A DNA stretch of 64,000 bases from an uncultured Pseudomonadota bacterium (GTDB lineage Bacteria > BMS3Abin14): assembly GCA_964454175.1 (NCBI GenBank), contig CAYVSA010000001.1:1-64000 (forward strand). Direction: 5' to 3'. This document shows, piece by piece, positions 38,018 through 47,805 of the stretch (its first letter is position 1; every line of letters begins with the position of its first letter). A program made the translations under genes and the position numbers. The notes below the pieces were generated by a model, which saw nothing but the letters and a program-made list of their open reading frames with translations, was not told the DNA's origin and made no database searches.

Positions 38018-39190
38018 TTGGCAAGACAGGAGATAATGACCATTAATATGGGTCCCCACCACCCCTCGACCCACGGGGTGCTCAGGGTGATCCTTGAGCT
38101 GGACGGTGAGACGGTGATAAATGCCGTGCCGGATATCGGCTATCTCCACCGGGGCATAGAAAAACTCGCCGAGCACAAGAAATACATCCAGGTCCTGCCG
38201 CTCACCGACAGGCTGGATTACCTCGCTTCTGGTACGAACAACCTCGCCTATATCCTGGCAGTGGAAAAGCTGCTGGGTCTCGAAGCCCCCAGACGGGCCA
38301 GGTACATCAGAACCATATTCGCCGAGCTGACGAGGATCGGGAGCCATCTTCTCTGGCTGGGTACTCACGCCGCCGACATCGGAGCCATGACTGTGCTCCT
38401 TTACGGCATGAGAGAGCGGGAGGACGTCCTGGACATCATCGAGGAAACAGCGGGTACACGCCTCATGATGACGTACTTCAGGCCAGGCGGAGTCGTGAGG
38501 GATCTCCCTCCCGGCTTTGACAAGAAGATAAAGAGCTTCCTGAAAACATTCCCCGCAAGGATCGACGAATATGAAAGGCTTCTGACGAAGAACAGGATAT
38601 GGCTCCAGAGGACTGTGGGCATCGGTACGATAAGCCGGGATGAAGCCGTATCCCTGGGGCTTTCGGGTCCGGCTCTGCGCGGTTCGGGAGTGGACTGGGA
38701 TATCAGGCGTGACGAGCCTTACGAGGCCTATGATGAGATCGAGTTCGACGTCCCCGTTTATGAGGGCGGCGATGTCTATTCCAGGTATCTGGCCAGAATA
38801 GGTGAACTCAGGCAGAGCGTGCGAATGCTTCTTCAACTCGTGGAAGGCCTGCCCGAAGGGCCATATATCGAAAGGACCGCCAAGTACGTACTCCCTGCCA
38901 AAGAAAGGCTGGACAGCTCCATGGAGGCCATGATCCACCACTTCAAGCTCGTTGTTGAGGGTATGACCCCCCCTGTGGGCGAAGTGTACTCCACAATAGA
39001 ATCTCCCAAGGGTGAGATCGGGTTCTACATCGTGAGCGATGGCAAGCCGCATCCGTACAGGCTCAGGATCAGGCCGCCGTCTTTCGTAAACCTCCAGTCC
39101 CTGTTAACCATGGCAAAGGGGAACATGATTGCTGATGTTGTAGCAATTATCGGAAGTCTTGACATAGTTCTTGGGGAAATTGATCGGTAG
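38018..39190 (+). CDS. nuoD: NADH-quinone oxidoreductase subunit D
   Basis: NMGPHHPSTHGVLR, GYLHRGIEK, DRLDY, DIVLGEIDR; no NiFe CxxC motifs. Confidence 0.97.
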   Translation: MARQEIMTINMGPHHPSTHGVLRVILELDGETVINAVPDIGYLHRGIEKLAEHKKYIQVLPLTDRLDYLASGTNNLAYILAVEKLLGLEAPRRARYIRTIFAELTRIGSHLLWLGTHAADIGAMTVLLYGMREREDVLDIIEETAGTRLMMTYFRPGGVVRDLPPGFDKKIKSFLKTFPARIDEYERLLTKNRIWLQRTVGIGTISRDEAVSLGLSGPALRGSGVDWDIRRDEPYEAYDEIEFDVPVYEGGDVYSRYLARIGELRQSVRMLLQLVEGLPEGPYIERTAKYVLPAKERLDSSMEAMIHHFKLVVEGMTPPVGEVYSTIESPKGEIGFYIVSDGKPHPYRLRIRPPSFVNLQSLLTMAKGNMIADVVAIIGSLDIVLGEIDR

Positions 39191-39192
39191 CG

Positions 39193-39675
39193 ATGATGAA
39201 ACTGTTCGATTCGGAAGAAACAAAAGAGATGGAGGGCATAGCATTACGCTATGCGGCTCCTGCATCCGCGATAATGCCGCTCCTGCACTTTGTACAGGAA
39301 AGGAAGGGCTATCTGGCCGAGGAGTACCTGGTCTTTATCGCCGATTTTCTGGAGATCCCCCACGTCAGGGCCTTCGAGGTGGCAACCTACTACACCATGT
39401 ACTTCACTAAACCCGTAGGCAGGCACCTCATTCAAGTCTGCAGAAATCTGAGCTGCTCTGTAAACGGTGCGCCCGAAGTTATTGCATCTCTCAGGGAGAC
39501 CCTGGGTGTTGGCATCGGTGAGACCACTTCCGACGGCATGTTCACGATCGTGGAAGTTGAGTGCATCGGCGCCTGCGACAAGGCGCCAGCCATGATGGTC
39601 GACGACAAACTCTTCGAGATGGTCAGCCCTGAAACCCTGGGGATGATACTGGATTCATACAGGAAGACCGCGTGA
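39193..39675 (+). CDS. nuoE: NADH-quinone oxidoreductase subunit E (module 1)
   Basis: CRNLSC...CIGAC [2Fe-2S] ligands. Confidence 0.95.
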   Translation: MMKLFDSEETKEMEGIALRYAAPASAIMPLLHFVQERKGYLAEEYLVFIADFLEIPHVRAFEVATYYTMYFTKPVGRHLIQVCRNLSCSVNGAPEVIASLRETLGVGIGETTSDGMFTIVEVECIGACDKAPAMMVDDKLFEMVSPETLGMILDSYRKTA

Positions 39676-39676
39676 A

Positions 39677-40972
39677 ATGACTAAGATCCTGACCCGAAAC
39701 ATAGACCGGCCCAACCCGGCGAATATTGACTCGTACCTCTACAACGAGGGTTACCAGGCGCTTCCCATGGCACTGAATGATATGATGCCTGAAGATGTGA
39801 TCGATGAGGTAAAGGCCTCCCGCATCAGGGGCCGCGGCGGTGCCGGGTTCCCGGCAGGCATGAAGTGGGATTTTGCCTCCAGGGACCCAAGGGGGCCCAA
39901 GAACATTATTGCCAACGCCGATGAGGGTGAGCCCGGGACGTTCAAGGACAGGGTGCTCATCGAAAAAGATCCCCACGCTCTCCTGGAGGGCATGGCCATA
40001 GCGGGCTACGCTGTCGGCGCTGAGTTGGGATTTGTCTACATACGGGGGGAATACCCGGAAGGCGCCAGAATACTTGAAAAGGCCATCGCTGATGCAGAGG
40101 CCAGGTCGTTCCTTGGCAAAAACATCCTGAACTCGGGGTTCGATTTCACCATAACAGTTCACAGGGGTGCAGGTGCCTACATCTGTGGGGAGGAAACCGC
40201 CCTTATCGAGTCACTGGAGGGCAAGAGAGGCCAATCAAGGATCCGGCCGCCTTTCCCGGTGAACGTCGGCTACATGAATCTGCCAACAGTAGTTAACAAC
40301 GTTGAGACCCTTGCTAATATCCCTCAGATCATTCTCAGGGGCGGTGAGTGGTATGCCGGGTTCGGAACCCGGGAGTGTACAGGCACCAAGCTCTACTCGA
40401 TAAGCGGTAAGGTGGCCAGGCCCGGGGTATACGAATTGCCCATGGGGACCACACTCAGAGATCTGATATTCGAGCACTGCGGCGGGATGAAGGACGGCAG
40501 GAGCTTCAAGGCCGCATTCCCGGGCGGTGCTTCCAGCGCCTGTCTTGACGAGACCGGGCTCGATGTCCAGCTGGACTTCAACTCCCTCGCGGCAGCTGGC
40601 AGTATGCTGGGTTCAGGGGCCGTCATGGTCCTCGATGATTCGGACGATATGGTCAAGGCTGTTCATGTCCTCATCAAGTTTTTCGAGCACGAGTCGTGCG
40701 GTAAATGCACTCCCTGCAGGGAGGGGCTGTTCTGGATAAGGCAGATATTGGACAGGATCCTCGCAGGGGGAGGGACCGAGAGCGACCTGGAACTTCTTCT
40801 GAACATAAGCGAAAATATTGCGTCCACTTCATTTTGCGGCCTTGGAGAAGCTTCGGTAAGCGCTCTGGTCAGCACTATTAAAAAGTTCAGGAGCGAATTT
40901 CTGGCTTACATAAACTCTCCTGAGGAAAAAGCCGAAGAAACATCGGCATCGGGGCAGGAGCAGGCATCGTGA
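39677..40972 (+). CDS. nuoF: NADH-quinone oxidoreductase subunit F (module 1, canonical)
   Basis: GRGGAGFP, NADEGEPGTFKDR, GAYICGEETAL, ESCGKCTPCREG...C. Confidence 0.96.
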   Translation: MTKILTRNIDRPNPANIDSYLYNEGYQALPMALNDMMPEDVIDEVKASRIRGRGGAGFPAGMKWDFASRDPRGPKNIIANADEGEPGTFKDRVLIEKDPHALLEGMAIAGYAVGAELGFVYIRGEYPEGARILEKAIADAEARSFLGKNILNSGFDFTITVHRGAGAYICGEETALIESLEGKRGQSRIRPPFPVNVGYMNLPTVVNNVETLANIPQIILRGGEWYAGFGTRECTGTKLYSISGKVARPGVYELPMGTTLRDLIFEHCGGMKDGRSFKAAFPGGASSACLDETGLDVQLDFNSLAAAGSMLGSGAVMVLDDSDDMVKAVHVLIKFFEHESCGKCTPCREGLFWIRQILDRILAGGGTESDLELLLNISENIASTSFCGLGEASVSALVSTIKKFRSEFLAYINSPEEKAEETSASGQEQAS

Positions 40973-43644
40973 TGGTCAAGATCGAAATTGACGGCCGTCA
41001 AGTTACTGTTAACGGCCACATCACCGTGCTGGAGGCTGCGAGCAAGCTCGGTATCTACATACCGACCTTCTGCCACCATCCAAGGCTCTCGGAGCTCGGC
41101 GCCTGCAGGATGTGCCTCGTGGAAGTGGAGGGCATGGGTAAACTGCAGACGGCCTGTACGCTTGCAGTTGCAGAGGGAATGGTGATCAGGACCAGCACTG
41201 ACAGGGTGGAAAAATCCCGCCGCGCCATGCTCGAATTCCTGTTGATCAACCATCCACTGGAATGCACTGTGTGCGACGCTTCGGGAGAATGCACCCTCCA
41301 GGACTTCGCTTTCAAGTTCGGCAGCGCCGAGACGAGGTTCACCGAGAAAAAGAGGGTATTGCGCGACCATATCATAAGCCCCCTCATCGACAGGAATCTG
41401 AACAGGTGCATCCAGTGCAAGCGGTGCGTTAGAATTTGTGACGAAGTTCAGGGCGTCACTGCCCTGGGTATGTCCTACCGCGGGGCAAAGACTGTGGTGG
41501 GGCCATTTATGGAAAAATCACTGGACTGCGAATACTGCGGCCACTGCATATGGGCCTGCCCGGTGGGTGCCATCACTTCGCGGGTTATGAGACACAAGAT
41601 CCGCACGTGGGAGATGGACAAGGCTGAGGCTATATGCGCGTTCTGCAGCTGCGGCTGCACGCTCACATACAATCACAGGGACAACAGGGTCTACAAGGTC
41701 ACCCACGCTGACGGCAGGGGTGTTAATCAGGGCAGTCTCTGCTCGAGGGGTTATTTCGGATATGATGTGATAAACAGCCCGGAAAGGCTAACGACACCAC
41801 TTGTCCGAAAAGATGGTGAACTGGTTCAGGCAACATGGGAGGAGGCCCTTGAGACCGTTGCATCCGCGCTGGGCAAAGCTGCCGGTGAGGGCGGTGAAAA
41901 CGCGGTGGGAGGCATCGTATCAGCTCGGCTTACAAACGAGGAACTATATCTGTTTCAGAAGCTGATGAGATCCTGCCTGTCCAGCAACTGTGTTGATGTG
42001 ACCACCGGAGAGTGGAACAGAACAGTCCTTCCAGTACTTGAGGAAAGGCTGGGTGTCTTTGCTGCCACCAACTCCTTAGACGAGGTCACCTATGCTGACT
42101 CCCTCATCATAATCGGCTGCGACATTACGGTGGAAAACCCCATAACTGGTATAAAGGTGAAGTCGGCCATCCACAGAGGGGGGTCGGTTTCCGAGATCAA
42201 CCCCAGGAAAACAGCCCTGTCCCGCATGACAAAGAGGACCATGCTGGTTAGGCCCGGCAACGAACTTACCCTGGTTAAGGGCTTGATCAGGGCGGTCTTT
42301 GACGAGGATCTGATCAGCCAGGAGGACGGGAGCACCTGCAGCAACCTGGATGAACTCAGGCTGTCGGTATTAGACCAGGACCTGAAGTCGATCTCCGATG
42401 AAACAGGAGTGTCTCAGGAAGACATCACAGGCCTTGCCAGGGAGTTCATGGGGGCGCGCAGGGCGTCCATAATATTCGGTGAGTCTGCTGTCATGACTGA
42501 GCAGGGTCCGGCTCTTATCAATGCACTTATCGACCTGCTCATGCTCACCGGGAAATTGGGTCAGGAGGGTTTCGGCCTGTATCCCGTAAACGGTACAGCC
42601 AATTTTCAGGGAGCAGTGGACATGGGGGTCGCGCCGGCTCACCTGCCTGGCCACGCCCCCCTTGCTGTAAAGGGCTCGGCTAAAATGCTGGCCGACGCAT
42701 GGAAGTCCTCTATCCCGGAAGGCCAGGGTCTTTCGGCTCCACAGATGCTTAAGGCTGCAGTGGAAGGTTCCCTGAAAACGCTCTATGTAGTGGGTGTAGA
42801 CATAACCGGTTCTTTCCCCGACAGTTCGATCGCAGAAAAGGCCCTGTCTAACCTGGATTTCCTTGTTGTGCAGGACCTTTTCCTCACGGATACAGCAAGG
42901 GCGGCAGATGTTGTTCTGCCCGCTGGCAGCCTGGCTGAAAAAAACGGCACCCTTACCAACGTGGAAAGGCGAATCCAGAGAACACGCAGGGCCATCGACG
43001 GGCTGGGGAAGTCCATGCCTGACTGGAGGATCTTTTCTGAACTCGGCGTAGCCCTGGGCCATATGGAAATGAAATATGTGAATGCTGCAGAGGTGCTGGA
43101 CGAGATCGCGCAGACCGTGCCCTACTACTCCGGCATCAACCATCGAATACTGGCAGATAATGGGCTCCAGTGGCCCTTCACCCAGGATGACGCCAGGGAA
43201 GTTTACCATGAAGGTTATCTCGGGACCCGCCACCTCCTTTCAGGAGGAGTCGCTGACAGTCTCAGGTCATTTGCAGCCGTGAAATCCTGGGGCAAAGTGC
43301 CAGCGAACGCCGATTATCCCTATACCCTGGTCACAGGAGATCTCCTGTCCCATTCGGGCACCTTCACGCGCTACTCTGAATCGTTGAACAAGATAGACTC
43401 TGAAGGTGCTGTCGTTATGAATCCGGAAACCGGGGCCAGCCTGGGCATAGATGATGGAGGAAAAGCCAGGGTTGTTTCGGCCCATGGTGAACTAACTGTA
43501 AAGACCATTTATTCAGAAGACCTCATGGAGGATATTTTCTTCCTTCCGAAACATTTTGCCGACGTACCTGCAGGCAGGTTGATGAGTGCGTCGGGAAACG
43601 GCAGCGAGACTGCTGTTGTGCAGGTACGCGTGGAAAGAGCGTGA
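40969..43644 (+). CDS. nuoG: NADH-quinone oxidoreductase subunit G (long, FdhF-like, module 1)
   Basis: [2Fe-2S] CRMC, HPLECTVC...C, CIQCKRCVRIC, CEYCGHCIWACP, CAFCSCGC...C; molybdopterin-oxidoreductase body without the Cys/Sec-His ligand. Confidence 0.9.
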   Translation: MMVKIEIDGRQVTVNGHITVLEAASKLGIYIPTFCHHPRLSELGACRMCLVEVEGMGKLQTACTLAVAEGMVIRTSTDRVEKSRRAMLEFLLINHPLECTVCDASGECTLQDFAFKFGSAETRFTEKKRVLRDHIISPLIDRNLNRCIQCKRCVRICDEVQGVTALGMSYRGAKTVVGPFMEKSLDCEYCGHCIWACPVGAITSRVMRHKIRTWEMDKAEAICAFCSCGCTLTYNHRDNRVYKVTHADGRGVNQGSLCSRGYFGYDVINSPERLTTPLVRKDGELVQATWEEALETVASALGKAAGEGGENAVGGIVSARLTNEELYLFQKLMRSCLSSNCVDVTTGEWNRTVLPVLEERLGVFAATNSLDEVTYADSLIIIGCDITVENPITGIKVKSAIHRGGSVSEINPRKTALSRMTKRTMLVRPGNELTLVKGLIRAVFDEDLISQEDGSTCSNLDELRLSVLDQDLKSISDETGVSQEDITGLAREFMGARRASIIFGESAVMTEQGPALINALIDLLMLTGKLGQEGFGLYPVNGTANFQGAVDMGVAPAHLPGHAPLAVKGSAKMLADAWKSSIPEGQGLSAPQMLKAAVEGSLKTLYVVGVDITGSFPDSSIAEKALSNLDFLVVQDLFLTDTARAADVVLPAGSLAEKNGTLTNVERRIQRTRRAIDGLGKSMPDWRIFSELGVALGHMEMKYVNAAEVLDEIAQTVPYYSGINHRILADNGLQWPFTQDDAREVYHEGYLGTRHLLSGGVADSLRSFAAVKSWGKVPANADYPYTLVTGDLLSHSGTFTRYSESLNKIDSEGAVVMNPETGASLGIDDGGKARVVSAHGELTVKTIYSEDLMEDIFFLPKHFADVPAGRLMSASGNGSETAVVQVRVERA

Positions 43645-43657
43645 GGAGGTATAGACG

Positions 43658-44125
43658 ATGATCGATATCAGCCAGCTCAAGGCAATATCCTCCCTTGAAG
43701 GAGTGTCAGAGGACGCACTGTCGGAATTGGCCAGGGTAATGCAGAAGAGGGTCTACAAAGACTCTGACCCTATTTTTAACGAGAACACCGAAGGCGGTGA
43801 CCTTTATCTCGTGGGCGAGGGATCCGTGAAGTTGGAGAAAAGGGCAAAAGAGGGAGAGGCCCAGAGCCTGTCAGTGGTTCGTGCCGGCGATTTCCTCGGG
43901 ATAATGACCTTCCTTGTGGGCGGCAAGCACTCTGCAAGCGCCGTGGCCCATGACGACTGCACACTTTACGTCCTGGACAAGGCCTCTTTTGATGCTTTCG
44001 TTGAAAAGTTCCCGGCCGATGCCAACAGCATCTTCATGATATTTATAGAACGGCTCATCGAATCAGTCAGAAGCATGTATGAGCGGTACATCGATATGGT
44101 CAACTACATGTGGAGGTGGCGGTGA
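43658..44125 (+). CDS. Stand-alone cyclic-nucleotide-binding (Crp-type effector) domain protein
   Basis: IFNENTEGGDLYLVGEGSV...GDFLG...HSASAVA cNMP beta-roll pattern; no HTH; GGAGG RBS. Confidence 0.85.
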   Translation: MIDISQLKAISSLEGVSEDALSELARVMQKRVYKDSDPIFNENTEGGDLYLVGEGSVKLEKRAKEGEAQSLSVVRAGDFLGIMTFLVGGKHSASAVAHDDCTLYVLDKASFDAFVEKFPADANSIFMIFIERLIESVRSMYERYIDMVNYMWRWR

Positions 44126-44643
44126 ACCCTGAGGAAATTGAGGGATACGAGGAAGAAGAAGAGCTCGATCTTTCTCCCGTCAATGACATACTGAGTGACC
44201 TGGGCGACGCGAAGGGGATGCTGATCCCGCTTCTGCAGGAAGTCCAGAAGGTTTTCGGGTATGTACCTGAAGACGCCGCCAATATGGTTGCCGATGGGCT
44301 GGGCCTTTACCGCAGCCAGGTCTATGGTGTTCTGACATTTTATACGCAGTTCCACCTGAGCCCCAGGGGACGGCATATCATACGCGCATGTTCCGGGACT
44401 GCCTGCCACGTCAGGGGCGGTAAGAGCGTTATTGCCAGGCTGGAGAATCTCCTGGAGATCGAACATGGAGAGACCACAGAAGACGGGCTTGCTTCCTTTG
44501 AAAAAGTTGCCTGCCTCGGGGCGTGCGGTCTCGCCCCGGTGATCATGATAGACAACGATGCCTTCGGACAGGTGGATCCAACAAAGACCGAGCGGATAAT
44601 CGAGAACCTGCGCGAGGTGTCCGGCACACAGAAAAGTGATTGA
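44122..44643 (+). CDS. Second NuoE/HydC-like [2Fe-2S] subunit
   Basis: LIPLLQEVQ..FGY, YGVLTFY, CSGTACHVRG...CLGACGLAP; GTG start overlapping the upstream TGA. Confidence 0.92.
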   Translation: MNPEEIEGYEEEEELDLSPVNDILSDLGDAKGMLIPLLQEVQKVFGYVPEDAANMVADGLGLYRSQVYGVLTFYTQFHLSPRGRHIIRACSGTACHVRGGKSVIARLENLLEIEHGETTEDGLASFEKVACLGACGLAPVIMIDNDAFGQVDPTKTERIIENLREVSGTQKSD

Positions 44644-44673
44644 TCGGCCGTAACAGGGAGGGCCGAAAGAGAT

Positions 44674-47600
44674 ATGTCTAAAAGTTCAAACGATAAACTG
44701 ATCGTACTGGGAATGGGCACATGCGGCCTGGCTTCCGGCGCGCGTGGAGTCCTCTCCCAGGTTGAAGAGGAACTTACCAGCCTCAAGCTGGATGTGCCTA
44801 TCCTTAAGACCGGCTGCATAGGGATGTGCTACCAGGAGGTTCTCCTGGACGTGTCACTCCCTGGCCGTACCAGGGTCACCTACGCCAAAGTTCAGCCCGA
44901 GATGGTCTCAAAGATCATTGAAAGCCATGTCGTAAAGGGAAAACCCGTAAACGATTACGCCATCGGGCAGATACAGCAGAACGGTGAAAAGGCGTATAAG
45001 GGCATCCCGACTTACGACGAGATGGATTTCTTCGCGAAGCAAAAGCGGATCGTTCTTCGGCGCTGTGGATTCATCGACCCTGACAAGATCGAGGATTACC
45101 TTGACACAGATGGTTACAAGGCCGCGGAAAAGGCCCTGACAACGCTATCGCCGACCGTGATCAGGGAGATCGTCAAGAAGGCTGGCCTGAGGGGCCGCGG
45201 CGGAGGCGGATTCCCCACCGGTCTCAAGTGGGAGTTCTGCGCCACGGCGGCAGGGGAACCGAAGTACCTCATCTGTAACGCGGATGAGGGTGATCCGGGC
45301 GCCTTTATGGACAGGAGCGTTCTGGAAGGTGACCCGCACGCGCTGCTGGAGGGAATGATCATTGCGGCCTATGCTATCGGCGCAGAATACGGCTATATTT
45401 ACTGCCGCGCAGAGTATCCCCTGGCGATCGAGAGACTGGGAACCGCTATTGCCCGGGCCGAGGAAAAAGGATTCCTGGGAAAGAATATATTCGGTACTGA
45501 CTTTTCCTTTACCCTCAGGATCAAGGAGGGCGCCGGAGCTTTCGTCTGCGGCGAGGAAACTGCTCTCATGGCGTCCATCGAGGGTAAACGGGGCATGCCC
45601 CGATCGAGACCGCCTTTCCCTGCTCATAAAGGTCTCTGGGGTAAACCTTCCAACATCAACAACGTCGAGACTTTTGCCTGTGTCGCCCCCATCATCCTTG
45701 GAGGCGCTGACAGTTATTCCTCGATCGGGACCGAAGGCACCAAGGGCACGAAAGTTTTCGCCCTTACCGGAAAGATCAATAACACGGGGCTGATCGAGGT
45801 CCCCGCCGGTACCCAGCTAAAGGAGATAATTTACGATATCGGGGGCGGTATTGTTGGTGGAGGCAAGTTCAAAGCCGCCCAGCTCGGGGGCCCTTCAGGA
45901 GGCTGCCTGCCCGCCGAGATCGTTGAAACACCCATCGATTACGATTCACTGATCGAAGCCGGAGCCATGATGGGTTCGGGCGGCGTAGTTATAATGGACG
46001 AGCGGACTTGCATGGTGGACGTTGCCAGGTTCTTTTTGAACTTCACAACTTCCGAGTCCTGCGGGAAATGTGTGCCCTGCCGCCTTGGGACCAAGACAAT
46101 GCTCAGCATCCTGGAGCGTATCACCGCTGGCAAAGGTACCATGCAGGACCTTGTCAACCTGGAGGAGATGGGTGCACAGATAAAGACTACTTCCCTGTGC
46201 GGTCTGGGACAGACTGCCCCGAACCCGGTACTTTCCACCATCAGGTACTTCAGACACGAGTACGAGGCCCACATATTAAACAAGAGATGCCCCGCGGTAG
46301 TTTGCAAGGAGGTCATCTCATCACCGTGCCAGCATGTATGCCCTATCGAGACGGATGTTCCAGCATATGTAACCCTTATCGGGCAGGGGAAATTCACGGC
46401 CGCTCTTGATCTCATCCGCATGACCAATCCCCTCCCGGCTGTCTGCGGCAGGGTCTGCCATCATCCGTGCGAAAGCAAGTGCAGACGCGGAGAACTGGAC
46501 AGGCCTATCAGCATCAGAAACCTCAAGAGGGTAGCCTCCGATAACGCTGCCGCCGATGCTGCCACCGGAAAGTACCAGATCAAGTCAAAGAAGATCTCCG
46601 GCAAGGGAAAGAAGGTCGCTATCATCGGGGGCGGGCCTTCCGGTCTCACGGCAGCCCACTTCCTCGCACTCAAGGATTTTTCCCCTGTCATTTTCGAAAA
46701 ACAGAGGGTAGCGGGCGGCATGCTTATGCTGGGAATACCTGAGTACCGCCTGCCGAGACAGACACTGAACCATGAGATCAGGGCAATCGAAGATATGGGT
46801 GTCCAGATCCATTACAGCACCCCGGTGGGCGAGGCTGTCTCCTTCGATCAGCTCAGGATGGATCATGAAGCTGTATTTATTGCATCCGGTGCCCACGTCG
46901 ATCTCAAGATGGGCATACCAGGTGAGGATTCCGAAGGGGTGTATGAAAGCCTCAGCTTCCTCAGAAGGGTTAACCTGGGAGAAGAAGTGGCACTGGGAAA
47001 CAAGGTTGCAGTCGTTGGTGGAGGCAATACCGCCATTGACGCATCGAGGATCGCCAGGCGCCTGGGTGCTGACGTGACGATCCTCTACAGGAGAACGCAA
47101 AATGAAATGCCCGCTGATGACATGGAGATCCATGAGGCTCTCCTGGAGGGTATAGAGCTGGAAACGCTCGTGGCCCCGGTGAAGGTACTTTCGTCCGGCG
47201 GGAAAATGACTGGCGCCACCTGTATCAGGATGGAACTTGGCGAGCCTGATTCTTCCGGAAGACGAAGGCCGGTTCCCATAGAGGGGTCCGAGTTTGACAT
47301 TCACCTCGACAACCTGATCGTTGCAGTTTCAGGCAAGCCCGACCTTTCATACCTCACCGACAAACACGGGATAGGACTTTCCAGGTGGGATACGGTGGAT
47401 GTTCACCCCTACACGCAGATGACCAACGTGGAAGGCGTGTTTGCCGGGGGCGACGTGGTTACAGGCCCATGGATGGTCATAGATGCAATTGCAGCCGGCA
47501 AGAGGGCGGCAGCACACATGGAGCTGTTCTTAAACGGGGAGGAAGTTGCCCCATTGTACGATGTCACAAAACCCAATATCTCGGGAATAGAGGCAATTGA

Positions 47601-47757
47601 GCTTACGGATGAGGACATGACCCTTACGAGGCCTGACATGCCCACACTCGAAGTTGTCAAGAGGTTAAAGGACTTCGCTGAGGTTGAACTGGGTTTTTCC
47701 AAAGAAGAGGCTATGAAAGAGGCCAGGCGCTGCCTGCGCTGTGACATTTCTGATTAA
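44674..47757 (+). CDS. HydB-type NuoF fused to a GltD/NfnB-like FAD-NAD(P) oxidoreductase
   Basis: N-terminal GTCG...GCIGMC domain; NADEGDPGAFMDR; GAFVCGEETAL; GGPSGG; SCGKCVPCR; H..CPAVVC; then SPCQHVCP, CGRVCHHPCE, GGGPSG, GGGNTAID..R..YRR, RCLRC. Confidence 0.92.
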   Translation: MSKSSNDKLIVLGMGTCGLASGARGVLSQVEEELTSLKLDVPILKTGCIGMCYQEVLLDVSLPGRTRVTYAKVQPEMVSKIIESHVVKGKPVNDYAIGQIQQNGEKAYKGIPTYDEMDFFAKQKRIVLRRCGFIDPDKIEDYLDTDGYKAAEKALTTLSPTVIREIVKKAGLRGRGGGGFPTGLKWEFCATAAGEPKYLICNADEGDPGAFMDRSVLEGDPHALLEGMIIAAYAIGAEYGYIYCRAEYPLAIERLGTAIARAEEKGFLGKNIFGTDFSFTLRIKEGAGAFVCGEETALMASIEGKRGMPRSRPPFPAHKGLWGKPSNINNVETFACVAPIILGGADSYSSIGTEGTKGTKVFALTGKINNTGLIEVPAGTQLKEIIYDIGGGIVGGGKFKAAQLGGPSGGCLPAEIVETPIDYDSLIEAGAMMGSGGVVIMDERTCMVDVARFFLNFTTSESCGKCVPCRLGTKTMLSILERITAGKGTMQDLVNLEEMGAQIKTTSLCGLGQTAPNPVLSTIRYFRHEYEAHILNKRCPAVVCKEVISSPCQHVCPIETDVPAYVTLIGQGKFTAALDLIRMTNPLPAVCGRVCHHPCESKCRRGELDRPISIRNLKRVASDNAAADAATGKYQIKSKKISGKGKKVAIIGGGPSGLTAAHFLALKDFSPVIFEKQRVAGGMLMLGIPEYRLPRQTLNHEIRAIEDMGVQIHYSTPVGEAVSFDQLRMDHEAVFIASGAHVDLKMGIPGEDSEGVYESLSFLRRVNLGEEVALGNKVAVVGGGNTAIDASRIARRLGADVTILYRRTQNEMPADDMEIHEALLEGIELETLVAPVKVLSSGGKMTGATCIRMELGEPDSSGRRRPVPIEGSEFDIHLDNLIVAVSGKPDLSYLTDKHGIGLSRWDTVDVHPYTQMTNVEGVFAGGDVVTGPWMVIDAIAAGKRAAAHMELFLNGEEVAPLYDVTKPNISGIEAIELTDEDMTLTRPDMPTLEVVKRLKDFAEVELGFSKEEAMKEARRCLRCDISD

Positions 47758-47805
47758 CGGGAGCAGCCTGCGTTAAAGCAGTTAATGAGGAGTAGGGAAA
47801 AGAGC

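Noticed and set aside
37781-39052. 423-aa ORF antisense to nuoC/nuoD, and many similar shadow ORFs
   Set aside because: Lies wholly opposite conserved genes with no recognisable motif; expected from codon bias in GC-rich coding DNA.
38018-39190. Possible group 4 [NiFe]-hydrogenase large subunit
   Set aside because: No CxxC metal-binding motifs; the quinone-site His and Tyr motifs of NuoD are present.
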